From an uncultured delta proteobacterium (lineage in GTDB: Bacteria; Desulfobacterota; Desulfobacteria; Desulfobacterales; SG8-13), in NCBI GenBank assembly GCA_963848135.1, contig CAWKCK010000017.1, positions 434,001 to 498,000 on the forward strand: DNA of 64,000 bases, in the 5' to 3' direction. How positions within the stretch are numbered: the stretch's first letter is position 1; each line of letters starts with the position of its first letter. The notes below the pieces were generated by a model, which worked only from the letters and a program-made list of their open reading frames with translations, searched no databases and was not told the DNA's origin. The translations under genes and the position numbers were made by a program. Shown in pieces: positions 32,677-42,415 of this stretch.

Positions 32677-33258
32677 ATGATCATAGCGAAAAAAATATTC
32701 TTGCTTCTGGCATTTTTTTTCATCGGAGGATGTTCCGCCGTCCAGGTCAGCCAGGACTTCGACGTGACCACCGAATTCACACGTTACCAGACATTTGCCT
32801 GGGCCCCCGACCCCCCCCAAAGGAGCAATGATATTCTGATGGACAGCCAGCTCATGGACCGCCGTATCCGCCGAGCGGTGGGAGAAACCCTGTCGGTCAA
32901 AGGACTCTCGCAAACGACCGGCGGGCAAGCGGATTTTTATATCACTTACCACATCGTCGTACGGCCGCGGCTCGAAGTCGACTCTTTCAGCACGGGATTC
33001 GGCGGATATGGCTATCGGTACCCCTACTGGGGTTATCCGTATCCATTCTGGGGCGGCATCGACTACAGTACTTACATCAGACAGTATGATGAGGGCACCC
33101 TGATTATCGATTTCACTGATGCACGCAACAGCCAACTATTCTGGCGCGGAATCGGAACCCGTCGCATCACCCAGCAATCGACCCCGGAAAAGATCACGGC
33201 TGCTGTCAACGAAACCGTTGCGGATATCCTGGCCCAGTATCCACCGTCGGTGGAATAA
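32677..33258 (+). CDS. DUF4136 lipoprotein (copy 1)
   Basis: Lipobox IGGC; VSQDFD..F..YQTFAW; YDEGTLIIDFTD..LFWRG; QYPP. Confidence 0.88.
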   Translation: MIIAKKIFLLLAFFFIGGCSAVQVSQDFDVTTEFTRYQTFAWAPDPPQRSNDILMDSQLMDRRIRRAVGETLSVKGLSQTTGGQADFYITYHIVVRPRLEVDSFSTGFGGYGYRYPYWGYPYPFWGGIDYSTYIRQYDEGTLIIDFTDARNSQLFWRGIGTRRITQQSTPEKITAAVNETVADILAQYPPSVE

Positions 33259-33330
33259 AAGAACAGCGACTCTTTCAAATCCGGTGCGGCAAAGACCCAC
33301 TCTTATGTCCAAAATCACCTGGAGGAACCG

Positions 33331-33900
33331 ATGCGCTTTGCAAAACTGATTTTTTTTCTATCGATCGTCATGGGGCTGAGCGGATGCGCAAGCGTCCAGG
33401 TCAGCCAAGACTATGATGTTGCTTCCGATTTTTCGCAATATCAAACCTTTGACTGGGCGTTCGGTGTTCAACCGAAAACCGGTGACATCCGGGTGGACAA
33501 CCCGCTACTCGACGCCAGGATCCGCAAAGCCGTCGAACAGACCCTGGCCGGTAAAGGCCTCCGCCGGGCCGACAGGGGCCCACCCGATTTCACAGTGGCA
33601 TACCAGATGGTCGTTCAATCCAGGATTGAGTCATCACCCGTCAGTATCGGTGTCGGCACGGGATTTGGTATTGGCAGCGGTTCTTACGGTGGTGTCGGTG
33701 TTGGTTCGTCAAGCGTCGATAGCTACGATGAGGGAATACTGATTATCGATTTCACGGATGCAAATAACGGGGATCTTTTTTGGCGAGGAACGGGTTCAAA
33801 GCGCCTGAAGCGGCAGTCTGACCCGCTGAAAACCACGGAAGAAGTAAACGCCGTGGTCGATAAAACCCTGGCACAGTATCCCCCCTCGGTTAAGAAATAA
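33331..33900 (+). CDS. DUF4136 lipoprotein (copy 2)
   Basis: Lipobox LSGC; VSQDYD; YDEGILIIDFTD..LFWRG; QYPP; RBS GGAGG. Confidence 0.9.
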   Translation: MRFAKLIFFLSIVMGLSGCASVQVSQDYDVASDFSQYQTFDWAFGVQPKTGDIRVDNPLLDARIRKAVEQTLAGKGLRRADRGPPDFTVAYQMVVQSRIESSPVSIGVGTGFGIGSGSYGGVGVGSSSVDSYDEGILIIDFTDANNGDLFWRGTGSKRLKRQSDPLKTTEEVNAVVDKTLAQYPPSVKK

Positions 33901-33937
33901 TTTTTGCAAGGATATAAGAGAACTAGAATTGAGCCAT

Positions 33938-35068
33938 TTATAGGCGGCACCAATTTCTGGCAATTTCAGCATATGCCTCCGCCGCTGCTTCGATCTTGGA
34001 AAGAAAACAGAATTCATCTGTTTTGTGCGCCATATCCGGTTCTCCCGGCCCGAGTATGATTGTAGGTATATTACCAAAAGCACGGGTGAGGGCCGATGCA
34101 TCCGTAAAATACGTCACACCGCGGGGCACGGGCTGTTGACCGATGTAGAGCGCCATCACACCGAACACCTCCCGGATCCATTGATTCGCCGGATCGGAGG
34201 CCACGGCCGGAGCGGTAATCTTTTTCTTCAAGACGATCTCCTGGCCGAGACAGGATCTCAGCGCCTGAAAAATAAGATCGATGTTTTGCGTCGGTACCGT
34301 GCGTATGTCGATACTGAATACCGCTCGGTCGGGTACGGAATTGATATTGATGCCGCCACTGATGGTCCCGACATTGATCGTCGGAGCGCCGAGCACCGGA
34401 TGAGGTACCGTACCGAAGTCAAACGATTCCAATCTTACTATCGCTCGAGCGGCTTTGTATATGGCATTAACACCCTGCTCCGGCATGGAACCGTGCGCGG
34501 TAACACCGGTTGCCTCCGCTTCCAGCCAAAATGCCCCTTTGTGCCCAATCATGGGATAGTTGGCGGTCGGCTCACCCACCACGAGAGCGCCAGCACTGCC
34601 AAGTACACCCCCTTTTGAAGCCAGGAATTCAGCGCCTTGGCATCCGTTTTCTTCGCCGGATGTCATGACCAGGACAATCCCGGACGAACCACGGGAGAAA
34701 GCCGCAACCCGTAAAGCCGCCAGAATAATTGCCGCAACACCGCTCTTCATATCGGAAGCACCCCGGCCGTATAATCTGTCACCGTCCAAATCTCCACCGA
34801 AGGCATCCCTCTGCCATTCGGCCATCCCTAATGGAACCGTGTCAAGATGGCCGGTGAAACACAGCGGTGGACGCTCATCGTTATAAATTTTCCTGGCAAT
34901 CAGACTGGTCCTGCCGTCGGCAAAATCATGGTAGTCGACCGTAAAATCGCCGTTTTCCAATAGGTTGCCGATATAATAGGCACATTCATGCTCATTACCC
35001 GGCGGGTTCACGGTATCGAATGCGATCAGTTTTCGTGTTAGCGATAAAGGCGAGAGTGAGTGAGTCAT
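33938..35068 (-). CDS. M20 metallopeptidase, ArgE/DapE family
   Basis: GHLDTVP, GRGASDMKSG, GEE, GEPT, AHGS.PE.GVNAI, AH..DE. Confidence 0.92.
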   Translation of the reverse strand: MTHSLSPLSLTRKLIAFDTVNPPGNEHECAYYIGNLLENGDFTVDYHDFADGRTSLIARKIYNDERPPLCFTGHLDTVPLGMAEWQRDAFGGDLDGDRLYGRGASDMKSGVAAIILAALRVAAFSRGSSGIVLVMTSGEENGCQGAEFLASKGGVLGSAGALVVGEPTANYPMIGHKGAFWLEAEATGVTAHGSMPEQGVNAIYKAARAIVRLESFDFGTVPHPVLGAPTINVGTISGGININSVPDRAVFSIDIRTVPTQNIDLIFQALRSCLGQEIVLKKKITAPAVASDPANQWIREVFGVMALYIGQQPVPRGVTYFTDASALTRAFGNIPTIILGPGEPDMAHKTDEFCFLSKIEAAAEAYAEIARNWCRL

Positions 35069-35396
35069 AGGTTCCTACTTGGTTTTAACGACCACAGTAA
35101 CTTTTTCTCCTTTGGCAAGCAATCTGAATATACATTCAAATTTTTTACCCTAACATATTTAATACAATCTGGAATGTCCGCAGGCATCTCAAGCATTTTA
35201 TATGATTAATGTTTGGTATCCGGCTGTGGAGGAATTTCCAATCACCTAAAAGAGCCTGATATTAAGGTCAATATCGCCACTGATTAACCATTTCGCAATT
35301 CAAATGAAGGTTATTTCATCCACATTCTGTTCAATCGGACCCATTTATATAATTATTATTTAATATTTTCTATACCTTATGAGCCTATCGGACAAT

Positions 35397-35412
35397 TGGC
35401 ACTTTTCTTGCT
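35397..35412 (+). promoter_or_regulatory. Sigma54 (-24/-12) promoter
   Basis: TGGCAC-TTTTC-TTGCT, exact match to TGGCAC-N5-TTGCW, in an AT-rich region upstream of the surface-protein gene. Confidence 0.75.
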
Positions 35413-35480
35413 AAATTAGTTTCAGATTGAACTCGGCATCAACAGTTCACCATCCATCAATCGATGTGGATAAACATAAA

Positions 35481-38012
35481 ATGAACAGATCCCGTTTTGC
35501 AACCATCCTTTCCTTACTACCAGGTCGACTGTCGTTCATATTTTTTCTCATCACCTTTCTGCTACTACTATTCAGTCAAGCGAATGCAGCCGATTTGACG
35601 CTGGCATGGGATGCAAGCCCGGATTCAGACGTCTCAGTCTACCGTGTATACTATGGATCTCAAAGTAATTCTTACTCCACAATGGCCTGTGAAGGACCGG
35701 GTTTGACCTGCACGATCTCGGGTCTGACAGCCGGTCAAACATACTACTTGGCCGCTACGGCTATAAACTCCTATGGTGAGAGCGACTATTCAGGCGAAAT
35801 CTCCTATACCGTTCCGGCTGTGCCCCCGCCAACTTACACCATCAGTGCTTCGGCCGGCAGCAACGGCAGGATATCTCCCTCGGGCACTGTCAGCGTAACC
35901 GCCGGCAGCAGCCAAGCTTTCACCATCACACCCAACAGCGGATATGTGATTGCCGATGTCAGGGTCAATAACGTCTCGGTCGGGGCTCGCTCCAGCTATA
36001 CTTTCAGCAATGTCAGGTCAAACCAGTCCATCTCGGCAACCTTTACCGCCGCGACCCCAACAACTTACACCATAAGCGCTTCAGCCGGCAGCAACGGCAG
36101 GATCTCTCCCTCGGGCACTGTCAGCGTAGCCGCCGGCAGCAGCCAAGCTTTCACCATCACACCCAACAGCGGTTATGTGATTGCCGATGTCAGGGTCAAT
36201 AACGCCTCGGTCGGAGCGGTCTCCAGCTACGCCTTCAGCAATGTCAGGTCAAACCAGTCCATCTCGGCAACTTTTACCGCCGCGACCCCGACAACCTACA
36301 CCATAAGCGCTTCAGCCGGCAGCAACGGCAGAATATCTCCCTCGGGCACTGTCAGCGTAACCGCCGGTACCAGCCAGAATTTCACCATCACACCCAACAG
36401 CGGTTATGTGATTGCCGATGTCAGGGTCAATAACGCCTCGGTCGGGGCTCGCTCCAGCTATACTTTCAGCAATGTCAGGTCTAACCAGTCCATCTCGGCG
36501 ACCTTTATCGCTGCGCCGCCTTCAACCTACATAATTAACGCTTCGGCCGGCAGCAACGGTAGGATATCTCCATCAGGCACCGTCAGCGTAAACACCGGTG
36601 CCAGCCAGGGTTTCAATATCACACCCAACAGCGGTTACGTGATTGCCGATGTCAGGGTCAACAACACCTCGGTCGGGGCGGTTTCCAGCTACGCCTTCAG
36701 CAATGTCAGGTCAAACCAGTCTATCTCGGCGTCCTTTATCGCTGAGACCCCGACGACCTACACCATCAACGCTTCGGCTGGCAGCAACGGCAGGATCTCT
36801 CCCTCGGGGACTGTCAGCGTGACCGCCGGTACCAGCCAGAATTTCACCATCACACCCAACAGTGGTTATGTGATTGCCGATGTCAGGGTTAACAGCACCT
36901 CGGTCGGGGCGGTCCCCGACTACACCTTCAGTAATGTCAGGTCTAATCAGTCCATTTCGGCGTCCTTCGTCATACCGTCCGACAATCAGGCGCCTGACCA
37001 ACCAACGCTCTTAATTCCTGGACACACAGAAACGGATGTCGAACCGACCCCCCTGCTTGAAATCGCCGGTTTCTCCGACCCCGACGTCGACGATGGCCAC
37101 GCCGCCACCCGTTGGCAGATCGCAACAGATAGCAGTTTCGAAAATCTTATACTGGATATCACCAGCGATGCGGACAGCACCAATCATTATCTGGTCAGCT
37201 TTCGGGTTCCTCAGGGCTCACTGTCTGGCCAGGAGCTTTATTACTGGCGAGTCATGGTAAAAGACGACCGTACCACGAATGCCCTGTGGTCGACATGGTC
37301 ACAAGTTTTCCGTTTTACGACAACCGATCCGGTCCAAGCGGATGGCAACGGCAATGGCGTACCGGATGATCTGGAACCCGAAACCTCCGATCTGGACGCA
37401 GATGGCCAGAACGACAACGACCAACCCTTGATGCGGGTCTTGACGACAAATAATGAGGGGCACCAGGTTGGAATAAAGGCCCTCGACGGTATTGATCTCA
37501 TCAATTATTTTGCCCCTATCGACCCGAATAATGTACCGGATACCCCTGGGCCAGAGAATTTTCCATACGGGTTATTGAATCTGAACCTGCAGCTGACGTC
37601 AATTGGCGGCACGGCAAGGATCGAAATTTATTTGCCCGAACCGCCAGATACTCAGTACCGCTGGTTCAAATATGACCCCGTAAACGGGTGGTATGAGTAT
37701 CCTGTTTTTATTGAAGGGGGCAAATATATTCTGGAAATTACCGATGGCGGATTTGGTGATGCTGATGGTATCGCCAATGGCATCATCGTCGACCCCATCG
37801 GTATGTCTTCGGCTGGTATCGAAACCAGCAATGTGGTCAACGATTCGTTCAGTGTGGGTTCGAATGGTTCCGGTGGCGGCGGCTGTTTCATTCTCGCTAC
37901 CAGCCGTGGCGATGTCGCGATCCACCGTCTGGCCATTCACCTGAGTTGGATAATTTTGATCGTTTCTGCGGCTTTGATGAGAAAACACGAAAGCCGAAGA
38001 ACGAAACGCTAA
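35481..38012 (+). CDS. Cell-surface protein: Fn3 domain, 5 InlB-B-like repeats, choice-of-anchor-U-like domain, GGGGCFI-TM tail
   Basis: Signal peptide ending ANA-A; LAWD..YRVYYG..ISGLTAGQTYY; repeats YTISASAGSNGRISPSG; FPYGL..WFKYD..GW..ITDGGFGDADG.ANGIIVDP; GGGGCFI, hydrophobic helix, basic tail. Confidence 0.85.
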   Translation: MNRSRFATILSLLPGRLSFIFFLITFLLLLFSQANAADLTLAWDASPDSDVSVYRVYYGSQSNSYSTMACEGPGLTCTISGLTAGQTYYLAATAINSYGESDYSGEISYTVPAVPPPTYTISASAGSNGRISPSGTVSVTAGSSQAFTITPNSGYVIADVRVNNVSVGARSSYTFSNVRSNQSISATFTAATPTTYTISASAGSNGRISPSGTVSVAAGSSQAFTITPNSGYVIADVRVNNASVGAVSSYAFSNVRSNQSISATFTAATPTTYTISASAGSNGRISPSGTVSVTAGTSQNFTITPNSGYVIADVRVNNASVGARSSYTFSNVRSNQSISATFIAAPPSTYIINASAGSNGRISPSGTVSVNTGASQGFNITPNSGYVIADVRVNNTSVGAVSSYAFSNVRSNQSISASFIAETPTTYTINASAGSNGRISPSGTVSVTAGTSQNFTITPNSGYVIADVRVNSTSVGAVPDYTFSNVRSNQSISASFVIPSDNQAPDQPTLLIPGHTETDVEPTPLLEIAGFSDPDVDDGHAATRWQIATDSSFENLILDITSDADSTNHYLVSFRVPQGSLSGQELYYWRVMVKDDRTTNALWSTWSQVFRFTTTDPVQADGNGNGVPDDLEPETSDLDADGQNDNDQPLMRVLTTNNEGHQVGIKALDGIDLINYFAPIDPNNVPDTPGPENFPYGLLNLNLQLTSIGGTARIEIYLPEPPDTQYRWFKYDPVNGWYEYPVFIEGGKYILEITDGGFGDADGIANGIIVDPIGMSSAGIETSNVVNDSFSVGSNGSGGGGCFILATSRGDVAIHRLAIHLSWIILIVSAALMRKHESRRTKR
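35832..36968 (+). repeat. Five tandem 231-bp (77-aa) intragenic repeats
   Basis: Units begin at 35832, 36063, 36294, 36525, 36756; highly similar at DNA level. Confidence 0.95.
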
Positions 38013-38076
38013 CAGGCATAAAGAGCCGTTTGCAAAACGAGGACAACCGCTGCCGCGGCTACGTTTTTAATATATA

Positions 38077-38120
38077 AAGGGCCGTGTACTAAATTTTGTA
38101 CGCGGCCTTTCCTTTCTTTA
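38077..38120 (+). terminator. Intrinsic terminator between convergent genes
   Basis: AAGGGCCGTGTAC-loop-GTACGCGGCCTTT followed by a T-rich run. Confidence 0.7.
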
Positions 38121-38167
38121 TTCATATAATAATCGGTAAAATTACAGTTTTGCTGGAGGTCATTGAA

Positions 38168-39457
38168 TCAACCGAAGAAAATTCGACAGGCGATTATGGC
38201 GAAAATCAATCCGGCCAGATCGGCCGTCAGAGCAGCGGCCAAGGTGTGCCGGATACGCCGTATCTGCACGGCCCCGAAGTACACGGCCATGACGTAAAAG
38301 GTCGTCTCCGTCGATCCTTGCAGCGTGCTGACCAGGTATCCAGTATAGCTGTCAGGTCCGATAGCGGGATCGTTGACAATCGACGCCAGTATGCCGTAAG
38401 CCCCCGAGCCGGAAAGCGGCCGCATGATCGCCATCGGCAGCGCTTCGGCGGGTAACCCCAGCCCGGCCGTCCAACCACTTATCCGATGAACCATTGCCCC
38501 CAGGGCACCGCTGGCCCGGAACATGCCGACTGCCACAAGAATGGCAACCAAATATGGGATGATGCGCAGAGCGACCTGGAAACCCTCCTTAGCCCCATCC
38601 ACGAAGACTTCATACACTCTGACACGACGAAAAAATCCGAACATCAGAAAAAAAACCATTAGTCCTGGAAGTATCCAAGGTGAAATCGACCGTCCATAGA
38701 TAATGGCCAGCGGTATGAGTGCCGAAACGCCGCACAACGCCACCAGGCTGATCCACAGCGGATAACCGTCGAGCGGCATGTCGGTGGGTTCGATGTCCGA
38801 ATCGTTGGTAACGGGCGTATTTTCCGAAGGCACATCCGTCGTTTCGGTCACCGGAAAAAACCGTCGATATAATTTAGCGGCGGCAATCGCCGTCACAGTC
38901 GAACCGATGGTGGCAAACAGCGTTGTGGGAAGAATCCCGGCAGGGTCGGCAGAACCGGCGGCGGCTCTAAGAGCGATAACGCCGGTGGGCAGCAACGTCA
39001 CGCTGGATGTATTGATGGCCAGGAAAAGGGCCATGTCGTCTGTCGCCGTGCCATGTCGGGGATTAAGCTTGTCGAGTTCCTGCATGGCCCGGATACCGAA
39101 AGGCGTTGCTGCATTTCCCAAACCGAGGGCGTTGGCGGACATGTTGAGTATCATGGCCCCCATAGCGGGGTGGTCTGGTGGTACATCCGGAAACAGGCGC
39201 ACCATCACCGGCCGAATCAATCGGGCCAGGATTGTCAGCATTCCCCCCGCCTCGGCAACTTTGACCAATCCCAGGAACAACGTCATCACCCCTACCAGCC
39301 CGATGGCGAGTTCCACCGCTCCGCCGGCAGACTCCACCATCGCTTTAGAAAGCGCCTCCATGGGTGAGACAGCGCCATCAGTGGCCACCCAGAAAAGCTG
39401 CTGCCATCCGGCAAAAGCAACGGCCGAAAGAACAATGATCAAGAATACAATGTTCAT
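38168..39457 (-). CDS. SpmA/SpmB fusion, nucleoside-recognition (Gate) membrane protein
   Basis: ANALGLGNAATPFG, INTSSVTLLP, FVDGAKEGF, RPLSGSGA, GSTETTFY. Confidence 0.9.
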   Translation of the reverse strand: MNIVFLIIVLSAVAFAGWQQLFWVATDGAVSPMEALSKAMVESAGGAVELAIGLVGVMTLFLGLVKVAEAGGMLTILARLIRPVMVRLFPDVPPDHPAMGAMILNMSANALGLGNAATPFGIRAMQELDKLNPRHGTATDDMALFLAINTSSVTLLPTGVIALRAAAGSADPAGILPTTLFATIGSTVTAIAAAKLYRRFFPVTETTDVPSENTPVTNDSDIEPTDMPLDGYPLWISLVALCGVSALIPLAIIYGRSISPWILPGLMVFFLMFGFFRRVRVYEVFVDGAKEGFQVALRIIPYLVAILVAVGMFRASGALGAMVHRISGWTAGLGLPAEALPMAIMRPLSGSGAYGILASIVNDPAIGPDSYTGYLVSTLQGSTETTFYVMAVYFGAVQIRRIRHTLAAALTADLAGLIFAIIACRIFFG

Positions 39458-39488
39458 AAAAACACCGCTTGAGAGCTAAGGGGGCATT

Positions 39489-39959
39489 TCACCCCACAAT
39501 ATAAGTGCCGGTGCCGACAGCGATCAGCAGGTCCTCGTCGTTGTGCAATTCCATGCGCGTCACGGCAACCTTTTTCCCCGTTCGCATGATCGCGCTGGTG
39601 GCACGAAACGTTTGACCGCGACCTGGCCGCAAGTAGTCGACACGCAAGTCGATGGTACCGATCCTGGCAACCCGTTTTTCGATATTCGCCACCGACTCTC
39701 CCTGAAGTTTTTCCACCAGGCTGATCGAAACGTTTAGCCCTCCAGTGGCATCAAGAACAGACGATATGACCCCGCCATGAAGCGTTTCCATGACATAGTT
39801 ACCGATGAGTTCAGGCTTCATAACAAATTTCACGGCAACATTGCCGGCGCGATAGGTCTCGACCTCAAACCCGATAATTTTGTTAAAGGGAATTTTCTGC
39901 TCGTACATGAGCTTAAGGTATTGCATCTGCTCTTCCAGATTGGCAGGTTTTGATCCCAT
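39489..39959 (-). CDS. Hotdog-fold thioesterase (YigI/PaaI-like)
   Basis: LIGN..LHGGVISSVLD, GTIDLRVDYLRPG. Confidence 0.9.
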   Translation of the reverse strand: MGSKPANLEEQMQYLKLMYEQKIPFNKIIGFEVETYRAGNVAVKFVMKPELIGNYVMETLHGGVISSVLDATGGLNVSISLVEKLQGESVANIEKRVARIGTIDLRVDYLRPGRGQTFRATSAIMRTGKKVAVTRMELHNDEDLLIAVGTGTYIVG

Positions 39960-40056
39960 AGTAGACGTCTCCGGATTGAGTGTTATGGCGGCTTTAGTAT
40001 AAGATCGAATTCATTTCCCTTTTACCTGGCGCTATTCCTGCCGGCGTGATTTTCAT

Positions 40057-41403
40057 TCACCCCTCGAAATTTGTCAACGGGCTTTTACCGATTCCCGGCC
40101 AGATCCGCAATATCCCAAACAGCGCCCGTATAACGATCCAACCACCGGTTATGACCCAGACAGTGGTAAATGCACCCGTCCATTCCGTGTCAACGCTAAC
40201 CAGCGCAATACTGCCGCAGAAAGTTGCCAGCACGACAACATTCCGCAGAAACCGAAAGTCGCCCGTTCCCCAGTGAATACCATCGGTAGCGAATGATAGC
40301 GCGCATAATGGCTGCATCGCTGCCGCGACGAACCATCCTGGCATAAACACCGAAATTGCCTCCGGAGGAACCAAAGCGGCGGCAACCAGGCGCCAGCCCG
40401 TCCACATGATCAGCGCCAGAGCAGTACCGGTAGCACCGCTCCACAAGCACACAATAGCGGCGATCCTGCGTGCTTCGGCGACCTTACCGCCGCCGATAAA
40501 GAAACCGATCATGCTCTGTCCGGAAATGGCAAACGCGTCAAGAAAAAGACTTGTGAAGACCCAGACTTGCCGGACAGCCTGGTGGGCCGCACCGGCCTCT
40601 GGTCCGATCAGAGTGGCTGTCCGAGTTCCCAGAAGTAAAAAGAGGGTTAAAAAACCGGTCCGGATAAAAAGATCTCCGCCGACACGCAACAGCTTAATGG
40701 TAATTTCTGCTGGAATCCGGTCGGGGAATCCCAACCTTTTCAAAACGATGGTAACAGCCCAAATCGCGCCCAACCACCAACTCACCAAACTGGCAATGGC
40801 GGCGCCATCGACTCCAAGAGCAGGAATCGGGCCCCAACCATAAATCAGAACAGCATCCAAACCGATATTAAGGGCATTGATCCCAACGGCCACATATAAT
40901 GGCGATCGCATGTCCTGCAGTCCCCGCAAGGCTCCGAATGCGGCAATAGTAGCCAGAACAGCCGGCGCAGCGATCAGGCGCAGGCGGATATAGCTTTGAG
41001 CCAGATCGGCCACACTCCCAGTGGCACCCAACAAATGCGCTACCGGTACTGCAACAAGATATCCGGTAGTTGCCAGCAGAATTCCCAGACCGATCCCCAA
41101 TAGCAATGCCAGCGCACCCATGCGAGCGGCCTTTGTCAGTGAGTGCGTGCCCAGTGCCTGCGCCACCTCGGTCTGTGTCCCGATCCCGAGGAAGTTGAAG
41201 ATCCAGAACACTCCTGACAGTGCCATGGTTCCGACACCGAGTGCAGCCAGCGCTTCAGATCCGAGTTGTGCGATAAAGGCCGTGTCGACCAAACCGGTTA
41301 CCGGTTCGGCGATCAAAGAGAGCAATACCGGAAATGTCAGGGACATCAGCGCGCGGTGCGGTGATTTGACAATGATGTGTTCGCTGGCATCTGGTGTGTT
41401 CAT
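40057..41403 (-). CDS. MATE efflux transporter (DinF-like)
   Basis: EPVTGLVDTAFI, LRGLQDMRSP, LGVDGAAIAS, AAHQ; many TM helices. Confidence 0.92.
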   Translation of the reverse strand: MNTPDASEHIIVKSPHRALMSLTFPVLLSLIAEPVTGLVDTAFIAQLGSEALAALGVGTMALSGVFWIFNFLGIGTQTEVAQALGTHSLTKAARMGALALLLGIGLGILLATTGYLVAVPVAHLLGATGSVADLAQSYIRLRLIAAPAVLATIAAFGALRGLQDMRSPLYVAVGINALNIGLDAVLIYGWGPIPALGVDGAAIASLVSWWLGAIWAVTIVLKRLGFPDRIPAEITIKLLRVGGDLFIRTGFLTLFLLLGTRTATLIGPEAGAAHQAVRQVWVFTSLFLDAFAISGQSMIGFFIGGGKVAEARRIAAIVCLWSGATGTALALIMWTGWRLVAAALVPPEAISVFMPGWFVAAAMQPLCALSFATDGIHWGTGDFRFLRNVVVLATFCGSIALVSVDTEWTGAFTTVWVITGGWIVIRALFGILRIWPGIGKSPLTNFEG

Positions 41404-41527
41404 TTAGCGAAGAAATAAATCCAGATCGTGCGGAGGCGAGAGGCAATCGATTCCGGGATCGGTTCCTGCTATAGCGGGTAAGAATCCGGCCGTTTGGTAT
41501 TTTTCTGTGATCCTTGTTTCCATTTAG

Positions 41528-42247
41528 TTATCTCACCTGTCGATAATCGAGCAGTTTCGGCCACCTGGCATGAGTGACTTGACCGGTTCGAACTTCGAAA
41601 CGGGTGATCATTCCTCTTCCGAACCAACTGGGAAGAGTATACAGGCACCGGTTATCAGGGCCTCTCATGCGGCAAGCCTGGTGAAAGTGACCGACAAAAA
41701 TAATCCGGTCACCTGATTCGAAGCAGCTGAGAGCAAAACGTTGGAGTTCTTCCACCGGAAGTCGATGTCGAAATTCGAGATTGGTGAGTTTGAGCCGCGA
41801 TTTTACCTGCTCGACGAAGCCGGGGCCGCACGGCATCCATCGCAGGACTGTTTTCGTCAATCTGTTTTTTGCAATTTTCCTGAAGCGAAGATAGTTCCTG
41901 TCGCGGGGATTGACCTGATCTCCGTGGCAAAAAAGATGCCCTTTTCCATCCCGATGGTAAGGTCGGTCAGAACACCATGTGAAGAAATCCCGCCGCTCTT
42001 TCGCCAGAAAATATTCGTGGTTGCCTTCAATAAAACCAATGCGGCGATACTTTTTCTGCTCGGAGCACCATGAAAGGAAACGACCGTGGATCTCACTTTC
42101 GTAGCGGGGCAGCGCAATCCACAAATCGAAGATATCACCGAGAAAAACAAGATCTTCCTCATTTTTTCCCAAAGCCTGTAGCATCCGGAAAAAGTCAGCC
42201 TGGTTGCCATGGGACTCATTGATATGCGCATCACTGACGATGATCAT
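41528..42247 (-). CDS. UDP-2,3-diacylglucosamine hydrolase-like metallophosphoesterase (LpxH family)
   Basis: VSDAH, LGDIFDLW, EGNHE, CHGD, GHFH. Confidence 0.8.
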   Translation of the reverse strand: MIIVSDAHINESHGNQADFFRMLQALGKNEEDLVFLGDIFDLWIALPRYESEIHGRFLSWCSEQKKYRRIGFIEGNHEYFLAKERRDFFTWCSDRPYHRDGKGHLFCHGDQVNPRDRNYLRFRKIAKNRLTKTVLRWMPCGPGFVEQVKSRLKLTNLEFRHRLPVEELQRFALSCFESGDRIIFVGHFHQACRMRGPDNRCLYTLPSWFGRGMITRFEVRTGQVTHARWPKLLDYRQVR

Positions 42248-42415
42248 TGCAAATAATATACGTAAGTAGCGATAGGTATTTCTGTTGAACACTTCAGTGC
42301 TGAAAATCGTAAATTCCGTAATTAACTCAGTTACGATTGACAGGTAAGAGCTTTTTGACTAAATATTGGCCGAATGTCAAAATAAAAATAGAAAAGACAC
42401 GCAACGGGAGAATCA

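Noticed and set aside
35832..36968. Repeat array as CRISPR
   Set aside because: Units are 231-bp in-frame coding repeats with no unique spacers; no cas genes
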